From a phage, in assembly GCA_014750165.1 (NCBI GenBank), contig GCA_014750165.1_4319.1: 45,917 nt of DNA; one strand, 5' to 3'. Below, one piece after another: positions 44,529-45,917 of the stretch. Every line of letters starts with the position of its first letter. Position 1 is the first letter of the stretch. The notes beneath the pieces were generated by a model that saw only the letters and a program-made list of their open reading frames with translations, was not told the DNA's origin and searched no databases. Position numbers and translations under genes: made by a program.

Positions 44529-44639
44529 TAATTAAGATATATAAAGCCTCCTTCGGGAGGTTTTTTTATACCATTGCGTGGGCTAAAAACTCGTGTATAA
44601 TGAATCCGTAGACACCTAACTGAAAAGGAACAATAAAGA

Positions 44640-45581
44640 ATGGCCATTAAATTTGATGCAGAACAAGCAAAAATCACCGCTCATCTCGAGCAAATGGGCG
44701 TAGATAAGGCTGATGCCGCTGGTATCTGGACTGTTAGCCAGCTGACCGCCGCTCTTAATCGCGCTTATGAAAAAGAATATGCAGAAAACTCAGTTGTTAA
44801 TATCTTCCCTGTAACCAATGAAATCCCTGGTCATGCGAAGTATTTCGAATATCCAGAGTTTGATGGTGTTGGTATTGCTCAGATTATCGCTGATTACTCT
44901 GATGACCTGCCGCTGGTTGATGCTTTCATGACTGAGAAACAAGGTAAAGTGTTCCGTTTCGGTAACGCGTTCCTTATTTCTACCGATGAAATCAAAGCAG
45001 GCGCTGCAACTGGTCAGTCACTGTCAACTCGCAAGCAAGCCCTGGCTTTCGAAGCGCACGATAACCTGCTTGATAAACTGGTTTGGTCTGGCTCCACCCC
45101 GCACGGTATCCCTAGCGTATTCGACCACCCGAACATCAACAACGTTGTTGCTGGTACGTGGAACTCCGCAGCTGCCGCCATGACTGATATCACCGCACTT
45201 ATTGATGCGATCGAGACTTCGACCAATGGCACTCACACCGCAACCGATATCTTGCTGCCTGCTTCCGCTCGCCGCCTGATGCAAGAGCTGGTTCCTAACA
45301 CCTCTATCAGTTACGCGCAGTTGTTTGCTACCAACAACTCGGGCATCAATCTTCGTTATCTTCAGTTCCTGGATAACTACGACGGCGCAGGCGGCAAAGC
45401 AGCATTGGCATTTGAAAAAAATCCGCTTAACCTTTCGATTGAGATCCCGGAAGCCACTAACGTGCTGCCTGGGCAAGTGAAGGATTTACATATCAAGTAC
45501 CCTGTAACCTCTAAGACCACAGGATTGATTTTATATCGCCCTCTGACAGTGGCAGTAATGAAAGGTATCACCTTCGCGTGA
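44640..45581 (+). CDS. major capsid protein
   Basis: 313 aa ORF with strong RBS, followed by strong terminator; position after scaffold/decoration genes. Confidence 0.75.
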   Translation: MAIKFDAEQAKITAHLEQMGVDKADAAGIWTVSQLTAALNRAYEKEYAENSVVNIFPVTNEIPGHAKYFEYPEFDGVGIAQIIADYSDDLPLVDAFMTEKQGKVFRFGNAFLISTDEIKAGAATGQSLSTRKQALAFEAHDNLLDKLVWSGSTPHGIPSVFDHPNINNVVAGTWNSAAAAMTDITALIDAIETSTNGTHTATDILLPASARRLMQELVPNTSISYAQLFATNNSGINLRYLQFLDNYDGAGGKAALAFEKNPLNLSIEIPEATNVLPGQVKDLHIKYPVTSKTTGLILYRPLTVAVMKGITFA

Positions 45582-45586
45582 TAAAT

Positions 45587-45610
45587 CGCCCTCTTCGGAG
45601 GGCTTTTTTA
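45587..45610 (+). terminator. rho-independent terminator after capsid gene
   Basis: GCCCTC-TTCG-GAGGGC hairpin plus T6. Confidence 0.6.
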
Positions 45611-45673
45611 CGTCTGTACCAAATGGATTTGTTGGGTTATAATCACTCAATCAGATAAACAAAGGAGACAAAA

Positions 45674-45917
45674 ATGATTCGTTTAGAACACACTGGCGCT
45701 TGCCTTATCGTTTACAAAGGTGAGAAATATTTGCCTGGTGACACTTTCGAGGTTGATGTAATTTGCGACGGACTCAAGCGTTTAATCGCAGAGGGTAAAC
45801 TCACTATTGAAGGTGACGCTAAAGCAACCAAGCAGATTGCGCAAGAAATTGTTAGCAAGAAAAAGCGCAAAGAACCGAAAACCATCTCCGAAGCTGAGAC
45901 TGGTAACGAGTACAAAT
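45674..45917 (+). CDS. hypothetical protein, 3' end beyond window
   Basis: ATG after AAAGGAGA; ORF MIRLEHTGACLIVYKGEKYLPGD... runs off the window end. Confidence 0.4.
   Translation, partial: MIRLEHTGACLIVYKGEKYLPGDTFEVDVICDGLKRLIAEGKLTIEGDAKATKQIAQEIVSKKKRKEPKTISEAETGNEYK

Noticed and set aside
1-45917. Lysogeny module (integrase, CI-like repressor, attP)
   Set aside because: No tyrosine or serine recombinase-like ORF and no repressor/Cro pair found; the Rha and HTH proteins alone do not indicate temperate lifestyle.
1-45917. Reverse transcriptase-based elements (retron, DGR)
   Set aside because: No ORF with reverse-transcriptase-like YxDD context or accompanying template/variable repeat pair was seen.

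Overview
The window reads as a nearly complete, tightly packed genome of a virulent T1-like siphovirus (Drexlerviridae-type layout), linearised so that the head genes at the end (small and large terminase, portal, protease/scaffold, major capsid) continue into the neck and tail genes at the start. This is inferred from gene content and order only; no database search was possible. Gene coordinates come from the supplied ORF track, with starts moved to internal in-frame codons where a ribosome-binding site or an upstream feature argues for it; coordinates derived by hand (tRNA, small ORFs, motifs, terminators) may be off by 1-3 nt.

Layout: neck and tail module on the + strand (major tail protein, G/G-T chaperones, tape measure, lambda M/L/K/I/J-like tip proteins); a minus-strand accessory block (fibre-like protein, Cor-like lipoprotein, C5-methyltransferase-like protein, Rha-family regulator); an early recombination operon (PD-(D/E)xK exonuclease, ERF, SSB); a minus-strand tailspike; replication genes (primase-like, SF2 helicase, VRR-NUC, DUF3987-like ATPase); a nucleotide-enzyme cluster (HTH-metallophosphoesterase, HAD phosphatase, P-loop kinase); a lysis cassette (holin, SAR endolysin, unimolecular spanin); three HNH endonuclease paralogs; one tRNA-Arg(UCU). 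No integrase, CI-like repressor, CRISPR array or reverse transcriptase was seen.

Most notable observations:
- A conserved gene-boundary cassette in about 20 copies: palindrome ATAGCACGAATTGCTAAA, a variable hairpin with compensatory arm changes overlapping a TATAGT-like hexamer, then CATCGAAACGA, an RBS and the start codon. It supplies stop codons in two frames to upstream genes.
- Two copies of a ~250-bp AT-rich repeat carrying a (TTA)n tract at the two major strand-switch regions, about 19.4 kb apart; the second keeps an ATG-less relic of the first early gene.
- An iteron-like repeat field next to the second copy, a candidate origin or operator cluster.
- A C5-methyltransferase-like gene whose catalytic motif I lies upstream of any canonical start codon.
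- An HNH gene interrupted at a T7 homopolymer.
- A classical A AAA AAC -1 frameshift site in the tail chaperone pair.
- An HTH-fused metallophosphoesterase beside a HAD phosphatase and a P-loop kinase, a candidate nucleotide-processing or counter-defence module.
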